Below are positions 28,343 to 42,133 of a DNA stretch of 64,000 nucleotides, one piece after another. The stretch covers positions 230,206,001 to 230,270,000 of the forward strand of contig OZ024743.1 in assembly GCA_964016885.1 (NCBI GenBank), written 5' to 3'. The position numbers were made by a program, and so were the translations under genes. The DNA is from Eledone cirrhosa (lineage: Eukaryota). The first letter of the stretch is position 1. The number at the start of each line of letters is the position of its first letter. The notes beneath the pieces are model-generated. The model saw nothing but the letters and a program-made list of their open reading frames with translations, was not told the DNA's origin and searched no databases.

Positions 28343-29160
28343 TTAAGTTATTTTATATTGAGATAATTTAGCTTTTAGTTTGTGGTTGCAGTATAATGAT
28401 CGTTCGATTCTATCGTTAAGTAGTTTATTTTTGGATTTTAATATGTAAAAGAGTTCAAGGTTACATAACCTACAGTACTTCAATCCATTCCGATATGCAC
28501 TTGCGCTGGAAAGTATATCCCATTTTAAGGTGAACTGTTGGTTGCGTTCACGGAGTTGCCAGGTCTTGTTGGCGAGCGTGGTCACAAAACGGTGATCAGG
28601 ATCTTTGATTGAGAATCGATGACGGTACCAGCGAGATTTAAACGAGGTGGTGGTAGATCCGATGTAATACCATATCTGGTCGTTCGATTCAACCGTGCAT
28701 TGGTAAACAATGTTGGACTTTAGGCATTCATTCTTCAATGGACATCTTTCAGGTAGATGGCAGTTACATTTTTTGTTGTGGGTAGCGGGTATACCATGGA
28801 TAGGTTGTGATAGCAGTACAGGTGGGTTGTGTAATACCCGTCTCCCATTTAGTGGTTGGGAGGCAGATATTACTTTCTGCCCATCTGCTACCAAAATATT
28901 TTGTTTTGTAGTGTTTTTTAATTGCTTTAAGTTAAGTTTTTTTATGTATGCTTCAAGGTTTGGTGCCGTGGAGTATGATAGTCTAATAGTTTTAGAGTTC
29001 AGAATTTTACTGTATTTATGGGAACTGGGGAAATGCTTGTTGATTAACTTAAAGAATGAAAGAGATAGTTTTGTACTAATCAAGGCATTAAAAATAGGAT
29101 CATGCCAGATATACTTTCTACAACGTGATTTATTTGGTGGTGATTTTCTATTATTAGTAT
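28343..29160 (-). pseudogene. 5'-truncated PLE: linker + GIY-YIG endonuclease
   Basis: KHFP..HK..TIRLSYS, CNC..CPL..CL..IVYQC..YIGST..FKSRWYRH, CRLC.LE; 3' UTR with hammerhead extends to ~27560. Confidence 0.88.
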
Positions 29161-29262
29161 GTCTGGTGGTACTGTATGTGCGCGCTTGTATTTTAGTCCC
29201 CCGGTTACGTATTCCTTGATTTCGTGTAGAGCTTTTATGATGTCTACCTGTTATTATTCATT

Positions 29263-29351
<89 letters not shown>

Positions 29352-30941
29352 CATATGAGGTTATATTTCTGCATATATACAAATATGATGATTTTTCCCG
29401 ATTGAAACAGTTTTAGTCCTCTAGTAGCCATTTCTATATTAAATATTTATACTCTGCTTTGTATTGAGTACATTACTTACTGTGGTTACCTCCCATTGAA
29501 CCTGAGGGGAACTTATATATATAGGTGTTAAGGTGCAAGTTAATTGCGTCCGTAAGCGGTATGCGGGGTGAGCAATCGATGCCCTTGGGGAGCAGAGTAT
29601 CAATACTATTAATATATAAGGGAACAAAGAATCAGTATTGCACCATATGCACATTTATTAACATATTGCATATGTTTCACTGTCGATCATCTCGAGGAAC
29701 GATCTATTAATGATCGAACGTGACGCTGGAATCGGAAGTTCCTCAGATATGTTTTAATGTGTAGGCTTGCGTCTAAGAGTTGTTGAATATTCAACAGTTT
29801 CAATCTAGTTACTATCTGGGAGCTTCCAACAGTAATGGTTGCATTATTTAAGGGTATGTCAATATTTATTTATAAAACTGCTCTATATTATATTTTATCT
29901 GATCAAAGCACACCATAATTTAACTTGGTGTCCTTGAAATATGTATAATGAAATAAATATGGTTTTATAAATATAGTTTCCATTTGTTAATATCGTATAT
30001 ATGTATATATATATGTTTGTGTGTTTCTCTCTCTTCCATTTTCCTTCTTTGTCACCTTCTCTCTCTATGTCTCTCTTTCAATCTACGCCTCATTAACTGT
30101 GGGTAACCCAACATCAAAAAACATTTTTCATGTATTTCGCCACTCTTATGTGTTGTCATACACCAGACATTATACTAAATAATTCCAAGACCTCCCTTAT
30201 TATTATATTTTTCTAATATTTCCCTATATTTTCCTTATATTTTAGTTCATTTCATATTATAGTATTGTCATTTTTCAATTTTTAATTTTTCAATTTTTCT
30301 TATTTTTTCTTATTATTTTTATTTTATTTTTTTTTTATTTTTAATTTAAAAAAAAAAATCTAATTCATAAATTTTTTATTTCTTTTCTTCCATTTTGTCA
30401 TTCTCTCATTTTGTCATTTTTTGTCTTCTTTCCAAATTCTCAACTTTTCATTTTTCCCGTTTTTATCATCCCGTTTCATATTTTGTGCTTTTTTTATTTT
30501 CTCTTTCCTTTCTTTATACCTCATACATAATATATTATATGTACCTAACACCCACACCACCACCATCATCATCTTATATAAATTCATAATATTTAGTTAT
30601 CCATAATCTTCATTGTCGTTAATTTCTTTATATCTCTATAAGTTATATTCATATATCTTATATATTTGCCATATTTAGTTTACACCAATAGCACCTTACC
30701 TTCACTCAGTCATTCACCAATCATTATTTCTACAATTCTATAATCCCATAAGCTTCATTGTATTTAATCTTTAAACTATATTGTTTTATATTCTTTAATC
30801 ATTCCCATTACATCAACACAATCCCGTACACCACCACTATCAACCACAATACCAGAATACGCCCATCATATATATGTATCCATGCATTTTGAGTTATATA
30901 TGCATATTCATACCTGTATATATATATAACCAACATATACT

Positions 30942-30981
<40 letters not shown>

Positions 30982-31006
30982 AGTTACATATATGTATGTA
31001 TATGTA

Positions 31007-31064
<58 letters not shown>

Positions 31065-31112
31065 TGTATGTGCATGTATATATGTGTGTATATAAGGTGT
31101 GTATATGTGTGT

Positions 31113-31148
<36 letters not shown>

Positions 31149-32744
31149 CACCTGAGTCTGTGTTTGTGCTTGTGTGCTTGCAACAATGTGCGTTGACATA
31201 CACGGATATGTACTTTATGTGGAAATAGGAACTGTACTCCTTTGCATTTCCGGATTTTGAAATTCTGGTTTTTGGTGTTTTACACTCCACTTTTATTTCA
31301 TTTGCTCTTAAAACGCACCACTCGATGATAAAATAGGAATTGTAATTATTTACACTTCTCGATTCTGACACACAGGTTTTCTACTTCAGTTAATATTTTT
31401 CAAATCTTTCAAATTTTGATATTGGTTGTAACACACACGCATTTTTCATTTGTTTGGCAGCCCCCACCACGTGAAATGGTGGCAGGATAGATGCCAACCT
31501 ATACACTCAAATTCTTCAGAACATAGCAGCAGTGCACAAAAGCTGACCTTCCAGCTGACCCCTTAACACCACTAACACTATCAACAGAATGGAGGAGGTC
31601 AGCTGTACTTAAACATCCGGACAAAAACAACTACAACAGATTGTCTTGCCTCGGAAAAATTTCTATAGACTTTTGACTGAGGAATGTTCTCACAACTGAC
31701 CAATGGGATGCAAGCGTATCCTATGATGCCGGAATTCGTTTGTTCTAACTCATATGATTTCAGTTCCTCAGAGAAATAACAACACAACCAGGAGCTGGAC
31801 ATTTCGATGTACTGACGGAGTAAAACACACTTCAACAACATGTGTACCTGTATTTCCCACACCAATTCGGACTCCCTGAAGAGGTCACAGCCAATGATGG
31901 CTGTCACCAAAATATATATAGCAGTATATCTATAATTTATAATAAACGAAGCCAAATTTTACATATTTGACTTAATTACTTTATAAATATATATATATTT
32001 ATATATATATATAGGTGTATTTGTGTGTATAAGTATATATTTATTCACATATATGCAAGCATCTGCGCATGTGCCTTTAGTGTGTATGTATGTATATTTG
32101 CGTACATGTATATTCCTCACACCTTTTTATCCTGCCAATCCCACCAAATTCCTCACTAAACCCTTATTCATGACCCGCCTCGCACTGACCAGTTAAAATT
32201 CTGACAGTGTCCACTACCACGTGTTATCACATTCTTCTTTTTAACACAGCCCTATCCACACCCACTGCCACAACCACACTCTCCACCCTATCTTAATTAC
32301 ACTCAAGTAAATCCCCCTCCACCACTTCAATATTTTCTATATTTATATTGTCTACTATTGAAATGTTAGTTCGGGTGACACTGTGATAAACAGACCAAAC
32401 TCCAGAGTAACAAGGCGCACAATTTACCCTTAACAAAAGTGAATATTAAAACTCTACTTCGGTAATAAGTACTCCTTTTTTTCTAAGCCAACAACCACAT
32501 ATGGATATAAATATTGTACATATATTATTGTTATGTATTTCATCGTGCTTTCCTCAAATATTCTGGGTAGGGAGTAATATTGTTATGCCAGGGCAAAATA
32601 TAGAAAATATCTGGAATAGTTTCTCTAATTAGCGATCCCATTGTTGAAAAATGGCATCCATACATATTTACATATGTATATTATATAGATTCCCAACCAC
32701 ACACTCACACATGCATATATATATATATATATATATATAAATAA

Positions 32745-33428
32745 TTAAAAATAGAAGCCAGGACTATCCATCATCAGTGGTCTACTAGCTATCATAGGTA
32801 TTTCTTCGCAATACAGACCATATACTTCAGGCTAGGGCGATGCAATAACTAAAATAAGTTATTGGGATAAAAAGAGTTGGGTGGAGAAAGAGCCGTGACC
32901 TGTCTTTTTCTCTTCCCTTACTGCTATCCTTTTTCTCTCTCCCCCTTCTCTCTCATTCTCCCTCTGCTAGTCACCCTCTCTCGGCTAGCCTCTTCCTCAC
33001 ATTTTCACTCACTCACTCTCTGCTACTCACCCTCTCTCTAACTTCCTCCATCGTCCCACACCGTACACAATTCTTTCCTCGCTCACATTCGCACGACCAA
33101 AATGTGTCTTTCGTCTTCTCGTCAATATTCGCACGTTCTTATGTTCAAAATGAATTATTGACTTGAGTTTCTCATTTTTTCCTCTCTTTACGTTGCCTCA
33201 TCATTCGTGTTTGTTTACCTGTCTCTCTTTCTCCACCCAACTCTTTTTATCCCAATAACTTATTTTAGTTATTGCATCGCCCTAGCCTTAGGTATATGGT
33301 CTGTAATGCGAAGACATACCTATGATGGATAGTAGACCATTGATGATGGATATTCCTGGCTTCTATTTCTCATTTTTTATTATATATATCATAATTGCAA
33401 CAACACAGCTCGCCATTTTTCATTCATA
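32745..33428. mobile_element. Non-coding tail-out inverted-repeat element in (TA)n
   Basis: Arms ~32745-32892 and ~33223-33385 are reverse complements around a pyrimidine-rich spacer; the right arm has a ~45-nt extension. Confidence 0.75.
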
Positions 33429-33852
33429 TATATATATATAGATATTGTTCACTTTTGGGTAGCATCATTTTTTTTCCATATACCCCTAATCTACACTAGC
33501 TAGAAGCTAGATGTTTAAATAAATTACTATAGCTTTAGATTATTAGTCATTAGAATCATTGGGTAAGAAAATTATAATTTACTAATTTATTTTAATATTT
33601 ATATATTTACGCCCCCAGACACTGACACATGAGAGTTGAATAATTTTCACTTGGTTGGTTATGGCAGTAATTAATTTATAATTTTCAGATAATTTTCAGA
33701 AATATGTGACGCAGAGGCAAAAGCATTAAAATATAAATGAATGCTTATATTTTGGGTCTTTCATTTCGAGTTGTTTTTACGCGATATCAAAATGAATATT
33801 GACTTGACTTTAATTCACATACACACATATATGTTTGTTTGTATGTATGTAC

Positions 33853-33883
<31 letters not shown>

Positions 33884-34930
33884 TGTATGTATGTATGTAT
33901 GTATGTATGTATGTATGTATGTATGCATTTATGTATGTATGTATATATGTATATGCCAGGTCATAATTGAACGCTACTGGTAACATGCAGCCTAATATAA
34001 CATGTCACATTGTCGACTCGTTGGTGACTAGAACGCCAAACACAAGGTCGGGGATAACTCCGAAAAGCTAACGGTCATATCCATTAGTGTGTACATACAT
34101 ATATATAGATGTATATGTTCGTCAATACTCATCTTTTTCCATTTCTCCGAGGGTTCTTAACCCCACTATCAGGGTAAATAATTTCTTTAATTTCTTTAGT
34201 CAAAATACGGCGATAGCTAACATTTCTAATAATATATATATATATATATATATATGTGTGCGCTTGAACTTTGAAATACTCGATTTGGAGCCCGAGCGCA
34301 CAGTTAACCAATTGTGAATGAGAGACCATTGGTCAGTATTAGGATACCATTCTCGGAGGAAGAAAACTCTGGTGTAAAACCTGTGGCTTCATGGCAGCCA
34401 ATGGTGTTAAACTGTTCCATGTTTGCATAACTGTCATATTTGTTCAGAAAGTGGGATTTGTTCAGTGCAGGGACTTTCTTCACTTAGAAATGCTCCAAAT
34501 ATAGGAATAAGTTGATTTAAAAGTCTCATACGTGCGTTGCATATACGTTGATTTAAAAGCCTCATACGTGCGTTGCGTTCGTATCCGGAAAAAAGGCTTT
34601 TATTTTTACTTTCACTGCAGCATATGCAAAAGGTAATGTAAGTCCTAGACAGGGTTCAAAAGTCACGTTTGTTTCACCCATGTGTGAGAAGAGGATTAAT
34701 TCTCGAAAGTGAGAAGCAGCCATCGTGTATGTATGATTTATGTATGTATTTAGGTATATATGGATGTATGTTCTTGTATTTCATAATTTCACAAATGTTT
34801 ACCAATAGAGAGAGAATCGGTTTCTAACAAAGGCACAAGACTCTCTCATTGGAATTTACACAACATCAACTAGGTAGATATGTATGCATGTCTGCATGTG
34901 TAGATATGGATGTTATTGTATGTGCAGTTA

Positions 34931-35995
34931 TTAGATGCAACATTTTTGGAATGTTTTACATATTTTTACTGTTCCATTAATGGATTGTACTTGTAATTTC
35001 CTAACAAGTTGTGTTCTTTCTGTTCCTGTGAAGCCTAGATTCTCCAGATTTGTATTGAAGCAGTTACTAACGTACCCTAGTGCCCCAATAATCACAGGCA
35101 TACATCTGAAGGTGTAATCATGGTGGAGTATCTGAAGATTCCTCATCAGTTCTGCATAAATCTTCTCCTTTTCGCTAATCTTTGATATTATATTGGCATC
35201 TACTGGGCAGCTAATTTCCACTACTGTGCATGCTTTCTTCTCCCTGCCCCATATCATAATATCTCGTCTGTTTTGCCTGCATTTTATTGGCGTTTTTACT
35301 GGAACATTCCACCAGTACTCTTTCATATTATGTACATGGATGTCTTCCACATTGCTGTAGCATTTAATGTGTTTATTATCGGGGCTGTATTTTTTTACGG
35401 ACTGCATTGTACAGTGTGTTGGCCACTACATCATGCTTCATAGGTAGATAGTACCGCGATGACATCTTTGGACAGCTGCTGATGACATGGGTGATATCTT
35501 CGATGTTAGTTCTGCAGAGTCTGCACTTGTTATCACATCTAGGTGTTTTGCCTGCATCCCTATCTCTATTGTGAATGAGGTATTTCGTGTTAATCTCCTG
35601 TTCTTGGATTGCAAAAGCGTATCCTTCAAAGTGGGATCCAATATAGCGGTTGTTGGTCCAAGATAGACTACTTTCCTTATCTATATTACTCTCACTCTGG
35701 AGCTTCCTGGCAACATATACATGCCTGATTTTTTGCTGATAGGCATGCAGTTTTTCCTCCATGGATTCACTGCGATACTGCTGAGCGACTTCCCTGGGTG
35801 CGAGGTTTTGATTATCACACATGGAATATCTCTCGAGGAGTTCCTTCCCAACTGTCAGGATCTTATCTGTTTCATGCAGATAGACTTGCTCGAGAAACGG
35901 GCTCCTACGCTTCAGGTTCGTAGCTGTTGTCGGAGATATATGATGCGACATTCAAATGTTGTCTGGACTGATGTTAGGCCTCTGCCTCTCTGGTT
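34931..35995 (-). pseudogene. R4/NeSL-like non-LTR fragment: CCHC knuckle + restriction-like endonuclease
   Basis: AIQEQEI, CRLC..EDITHVISSC..Y..HD, then (frameshift) NRRDI..VEISCP.D.N..EK..Y..PVIIGALG. Confidence 0.85.
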
Positions 35996-36125
35996 ACGTT
36001 TCCTTTCTTATGTATGTATGTATGTATGTATGTATGTATGTATGTTTTCTCTTTCTCTTAATTTTGAGTATATTTTTTTGACCGGCCACCTTCCTGGTGG
36101 CAAGGTTGTAAAAGAAAAGAAATTG

Positions 36126-36416
36126 TCATCCCTTGAATCGCAAGAATGTTTTGCAAATTTTGAAGGTGCCAGCTATCGCAGCCATTTGTAGACTATGAAT
36201 TAGGGAGCTGCGCTTTTTGTCCGCAAATCCAAGTTTAGTCATACTTTGGTCCAAGCGGGTTGGTATATAACCCGTAGCACCAATAATGATGGGTATGAAG
36301 CTAAAGGTGTATCTTGGATACTGGATTTGTAAACTCCTCATCAATGGTCCGTAGATGTCCTCCTTCTCCTGTATTTTTCTGACAACGTTTACATCAAGTG
36401 GGCAGCTGATCTCCAT
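36126..36416 (-). pseudogene. Second R4/NeSL-like 3' fragment
   Basis: EISCPLDVNV..EKEDIY..PIIIGATG..KICKTF; flanked by (TATG)n. Confidence 0.8.
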
Positions 36417-36682
36417 GTATGTATGTATGTATGTATGTATGTATGTATGTATGTATCTATGTATATATTTTCGGGTAGTGTTTTCGATGCTCAGAGAGTG
36501 GGATTTGTCAAGGCCTTTCCCCACTTAAAAAAACATTCAAAGCACAGGCATTTCTTGTTCAGGATATGTTACAAGTTTGTGTGGCTGGTAATCTGATAAG
36601 CGATTACAGTACTCTTAGCAAGGTTTGCAGTCATCATGCATTTATATATATATATGTGTATGTATATATATATGTATATATG

Positions 36683-36753
<71 letters not shown>

Positions 36754-37310
36754 CCACACACACATCAGGTGTAAGTGGCAAATATTAATACACAATTACA
36801 CAATTAAGGCAAATATACACAGAGAATAGACTGGGAGACAGCTCGCCACCCAGTGACACTGATATGACGAATAACGGAGGGTTGAAGGTTGGAAAAATAA
36901 AACATTTTACTTGGCCTGATTTCTAATAGGTGTAAATGAAGACATATACAGTTTGTTTGTCTATAATACGTACAGATGTTGAGAGACAGAATAAATTAAA
37001 TGTAGATCTACAATTTTTGCTTTCAAGCACGCAGCTTCTCTGGAGAGCGAAGAAAAGTCAAATACTAACGTTTCTCTTCAGAAGTTAAACTACCGCCATG
37101 ATTCTGTCTTGAGAGAGAATTTGTCACCTCATTGTATATGTGGAATACAACTGAAATGGTCAATCTTATTTTCATTACTTAATTAATTACACAATATATT
37201 TTTCGGTGTACATAGGAAATAGTAGTGAGTATGTTTGTAATTTCTTCTTCTAACACATATGGCAATGTCTGCATTACATTTAACCTAATTAACATGTGTG
37301 AGGGGGTATC

Positions 37311-37382
<72 letters not shown>

Positions 37383-38099
37383 GTGTGTTGACATTTTATA
37401 ATGAGGGTTTGCAGTATTAATATTAATGTTAGTGTGGTTATTCCGATAGTGCTTCTGGTGTATATAATACTGTGGAGATTTAATGTTTTGTTGATCCAGC
37501 ATTCAATTAACACCGTCTCGTGTACTAGTTGAATTTCGGCTGAATTTTCATTATGGGGTATATCAATTTCTTATGAGTTCATTCATGAAATATCATTAAA
37601 AAAATTAGTTGTATGGTTGGCATCGGTTGGATTTATAGTGGTTTAATGATGGTGGTGATGTTATTGCTGGTTACAGTGAAGTTCGGAAGTAGAGTGAATG
37701 TGGTTGTGGCTAAGGAAGCGATAGTAATGGAATTGCTGGTGGTGTTGGAATAAGAGGAATTGTTTGCAATACAGATGTATATATGTGAATATGTGTTTAT
37801 ATTTGTATATGTTCGTTTGTGCGTTGATATTCCCTCTCTTTCACTCACTGCCTCCGTCTCTCTTGCTCTTTCCATCTCTCACTATACAGATTAAAATAAT
37901 TAATGTGGGTGTTCTGATTTATAAATGTTTAATGGGATTATTCTTAACCCCTCCCCTTATGCAAGTGAATGGCAGCACCGATAATCTCCCTTATAAAAAC
38001 ACATAAGAATCCTTTGTGGCAAATGAAAATATACATGTATAATCACACATACACTCACACACACGGATGCCCACATACACTTACATAAACACCCTCGCC

Positions 38100-38590
38100 T
38101 TCGGGCTGGGCTGAAAAGTGCATAAGCTAAATAGGCGATGCTAAAGATGTGAAATCTTGCATGCCTTAATTTCAAATTTGTTCTAGGTAAACTGGCATGT
38201 CTGTTCAAAGAATAATTTAAAAGTAATTAGTAGCGATTTCTTTTGAGAATGGTCAAAATGTGGCATCATGGCGTTATCAAGTACCTGCAGAAAAATGCTT
38301 CAACCCTTAAGGACATATATGCAGACATAGTTGCTACATTGATGTATGACACTCCAGCTTTATCAACACTGCAAACGTGGGCATCTAAATATTGGAAGTG
38401 GGGAGTGTCTTGAAGATGACCCAAGGTCTGGACGTCCTACAACTGCCACTAGCGTGGAAACCATTGAGCGTGTTGATCACATGGTGATTGATGTCAGACG
38501 ACTAACTATAAAATCAAATAGCCAATGCTATTAGCATATCTCGTGAGAAAGTTGAGAATATTCTTCACAATGAACTTGGAATGGGAGGTG
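38100..38590 (+). pseudogene. mariner transposase N-terminal remnant
   Basis: GVIKYL..DIYAD, LEDDPRSGRPTTAT, RRLTI..IANAISIS..VENILHNELG across frameshifts; TIR-like gctgaaaagt near 38110. Confidence 0.8.
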
Positions 38591-39639
38591 GTCCATAGGT
38601 TGTGGAGGATGTTACTATTCCACTCTTGTTTTCTATTGAGGCTAGGTCTATTTCTATTATGCGTGTAGCCTCGATAGTTTGCTAAGTGTTGTGTCGGTTC
38701 TATGTGTGGATACGATCTTAACTTCAATTTTCTCTATCGAGACTCATGTTCTAATTTCGTATGTTTTTTTTTTATAGAACCGTAGCATCAAACATGAATA
38801 GTGAACATAAATAATAAGATATGTGGTAACAAATTGTGAAATAGTGAAAGGTTGAGCCGAGCCTGTTGGGCTTCTTGATATTTTGATTATGGGTGATGGT
38901 AGTGATGAGGCTTTCTTCACACGTAGGAAGATTACATCGTCATATTTATTAGTATATATGTATGGGAATGCTTTGGTTGTAGCTGATGTTCGTCTTGCAG
39001 GTGATGGAGTGTTGTTGTTGTTGTTCTAATTCTGGTTGCTAATGATGCTGTTGTTGTTGCCGTCGATCTAGATTATTTACTTTGTTTTTTATCCTTTAGA
39101 TTCTCTATTACTAAGTTTTAGTTTAATTTTCTTAATTTCCATGTATTCCTCCTCTCCCTTTCATCCCTATCTTCGTCCTTATATATATATTCCTTATTGT
39201 CTTTAAATGCAAAAGTATATTTCTTTAGCTTATCAGTCTTTCAGCCTTCCCCCTACATTTATTAATAAGTGTATATGAGGGAATACTTTAACTCCTTTCA
39301 ACAGGTAAAATAAATTTTTGCACATATAAACTGATGAGCTTTCGAAGTCATTATGATTACACTCTGAGGTGATCGATATTGAAACGATTATAATATGCTA
39401 ATAAAATATATATATAACATCAGACTTATTAAATTAGAGTGCAATTGACTTATTATTCTGCAGACACGTATTACCTTAATGTATTCTCCAAGTCAAATCA
39501 ATATGTGGCACCATTTGATATCTGAATTACGGGCTCCCACACAGTTTCTCTATACTCAATTTAACTCACATGTCAGTGAGTAGTCCAACTACAGAATGTA
39601 ATACATATATATATATATATCAGCTTCTACTACAGCGTA

Positions 39640-41096
39640 ATATAATATCTGTATGCAACAACTAAAACGGTACGCGATGGGGCACACCCACAGTCCCGGC
39701 GGACAGAATGGAGAAGGCTTTTCCCCGGAGGACGGCAAGGGAGACGCGCTGAAAAAGCCACTCCAACTCGCGGGGCTCACACCTGCGGCTGGCCAGATCA
39801 GCGCCTATGGTGGTGAGTAAGGAGGTCGCCTTGGGGCCGAAGACACCAGAAGTCTCCACTGCCTGGGGTACGACCGCAAACCTGTCGGAGAGCGACGGGT
39901 ATTTGAGGAGTTTGGCCCCCTCAGCTCGACGTGCAGCAGAACCTGGGTCAGTCGCAGACTGCACCAGGTTGCGGCTGCAGAAAGTGTCGGTGCAAGTGGC
40001 ATCACAGACGATGGTTTTGCCACCGCGGAACGGGAAGATGGTCAAGCCATCTGGCTTTTTGCCGTCCTCTGGATCCAGTCCCAACGGCTCGAGCTGGGAA
40101 GGGAAAACTGCAGCGTCCAAGCCATGCATAATGACCTCGTTGAGGGCAGAATGGCGTGGAATGCGGCCGGCACTGTGGCGACAGGAAGGCGGGTGGAGGA
40201 GGCATCTGGCGTAAGGGTCCAGGGCACCATGGATGAGACTATTGGTGAGCGGCACAATCGCACTCAGAAGGCGGTACCCGGCCTCAGCGGAGAGAGGGAA
40301 TGTCAACTCCTTGAGGTGGCTGGTAGCTGGGAAGGGCCTGATGGCGGACATGATGTCTGCATCAGTAGCTACAAGGAGCAAGTGGGGGTCAGGTGGGGGT
40401 ATGGGTCTGAGATCAGTGGGTGGCCCAGTGTGTTTGAGTCGCAGAGCAGCCAGGACCTCCTCGGTGGGTTGGAGCACAGTGTCCTCTGAGGCAACAACTC
40501 TGACTGCGGCTGAGACATCACCCATGATAAGCTTGGCGTTTACCTGGTCACGGAAACGCTTGGCGCTGGCCTCGGGGGTGGAGCATAAGTGGTACCTGAG
40601 GGTGGGGTGTGTGGCGTCCCTGGGCACGGTTGGAATGGGCGCGCGCCCAAAGGACGAGACATTGGCCTTGACGAAGACTGCTGTTGAGCGGTCGCCCCGG
40701 TCAGCGCCAGAGCTGCGGAGGCCGAGGGCGAGTGGGGCGAAATAGAACAGCCGCTCCCAGTCCTTGGCTCGATTAGAGTCCATGGCACTCTCAATCGAGG
40801 AAGGGAGGGCATCGCCTACCGGAACCCGTGCCGCTCTCGGGATCATGAGTGGGATCTTCCGGATCCGCCTGAGCCGAGTGATGTTGATCAGCGCGGCTCG
40901 GGCGTCAGGCAAGCTCGCTGTCCAATCTGGTGGTGCACCAGACGGCCGTGGCTGGGAAGACGTGGGGAAGAGGCATCTCCTGCACCTCCATGCTGAGAGG
41001 GCATTGGAAGCTCGACGAGTCAAGCCAACGCAGGTGAGGTGGTGGAAGCAGTCGCACCCCAAACAGTTCCGGCCCCTCTTCCGTATGGTAGTGGTG

Positions 41097-41098
<2 letters not shown>
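39640..41098 (-). mobile_element. CRE-clade-like non-LTR element, internally deleted (PHD finger + restriction-like endonuclease, RT core missing)
   Basis: C.GC..FHH.TC..WRC.RC; GDVSAAVR; RH.ALN..EP.GL..DGKKPDGLT..DATC.DT..K..KY..AVETSG..QRVSLAV.RG. GC-rich and flanked by (TA)n. Confidence 0.8.
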
Positions 41099-41149
<51 letters not shown>

Positions 41150-41157
<8 letters not shown>

Positions 41158-41835
41158 GACGTAAAATAAGAAAATTATAAAAATTTCACTCCAACTAATT
41201 AGTTTCTGAAAGGGAATAAACATGGTTTCCGAGGGAACACATGGATAAAGCCTTTCGTCATCAGGGAAGTCTATTCTCAGCTAAGTTCCCAGGCAATACC
41301 TGGACACAGGGAACTTATAAAAAAATAATTCAGTGGATGGATAAAAGCAAAGCGTGTACTAAGATCCAATACATTGAAAAAATCACTGCCTACTTGGTCT
41401 TTGGCCAATTCAAAAGAATCAATCACGTGACATCGAGGTTAATCAGTGAGGAGTGGGGTGTTAAGAAGACAGCAGCCGAACCATTACTATGAACTATAGC
41501 AGCAGTTTTGGCAAATTTTTGCTCAACAAAATAATTTGGAATGATTATAAAGAATTAGTATATCTACCAACATATATATATACAGATGCATACCTATGCT
41601 AGCAAATATATAGGTTTTGTCTTAGTAACTGTGTGGTTCAATGCAAGGGGATGCAGAACAATTATATGAAAGACGTAAAATAAGAAAATTATAAAAATTA
41701 ACTTACTTACTAAAATTTCATACAATTGTTCTGCATCCCCTTGCATTGAACCACAAAGTTACTAAGACAAAATCTATATATTTGCTAGCATAGGTATGCA
41801 TCTGTATATATATGTTGGTAGATATACTAATTCTA
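41150..41835. mobile_element. Non-coding element with partial tandem plus inverted duplication
   Basis: atatgaaagacgtaaaataagaaaattataaaaatt at ~41150 and ~41664; inverted arms 41551-41669 and 41717-41834; weak hammerhead-like core on the minus strand at ~41222-41270. Confidence 0.65.
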
Positions 41836-41924
41836 TATATATATATAACGCAGGAAATGTGGTAAAGAACCAGGTGGACCATAACGCACCAAAGTACTCA
41901 ATACTTAGGGTAGTAGAGTGGGTA

Positions 41925-42049
41925 ATAGGAACGAGTAGGATCCCGACCGCTGAGCTCAAGCCGTTTCGACGGCTAATTCTGGACAAAATTAGCCGTCCAG
42001 AATTAGCCGTCGAAACGGCTTGAGCTCAGCCGTCGGGGTCCTACTCGTT

Positions 42050-42054
<5 letters not shown>
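41925..42054. repeat. Long near-perfect palindromic hairpin
   Basis: taggaacgagtagga/tcctactcgttccta and gctgagctcaagccgtttcgacggctaattctgga with its reverse complement. Confidence 0.85.

Positions 42055-42133
<79 letters not shown>

Noticed and set aside
31400-31955. Possible host exon (also 2200-2400 and 44950-45170)
   Set aside because: No recognisable domain or consistent splice structure could be supported.
33289-33346. HDV-like ribozyme reading of the crossing helices
   Set aside because: The topology is similar, but no P3/L3 pyrimidine motif, P1.1 GG or J4/2 catalytic C pattern is evident.
39320-39400. Hammerhead at CTGATGA (39331)/GAAAC (39381)
   Set aside because: Stems II and III do not pair convincingly; at best a decayed relic.
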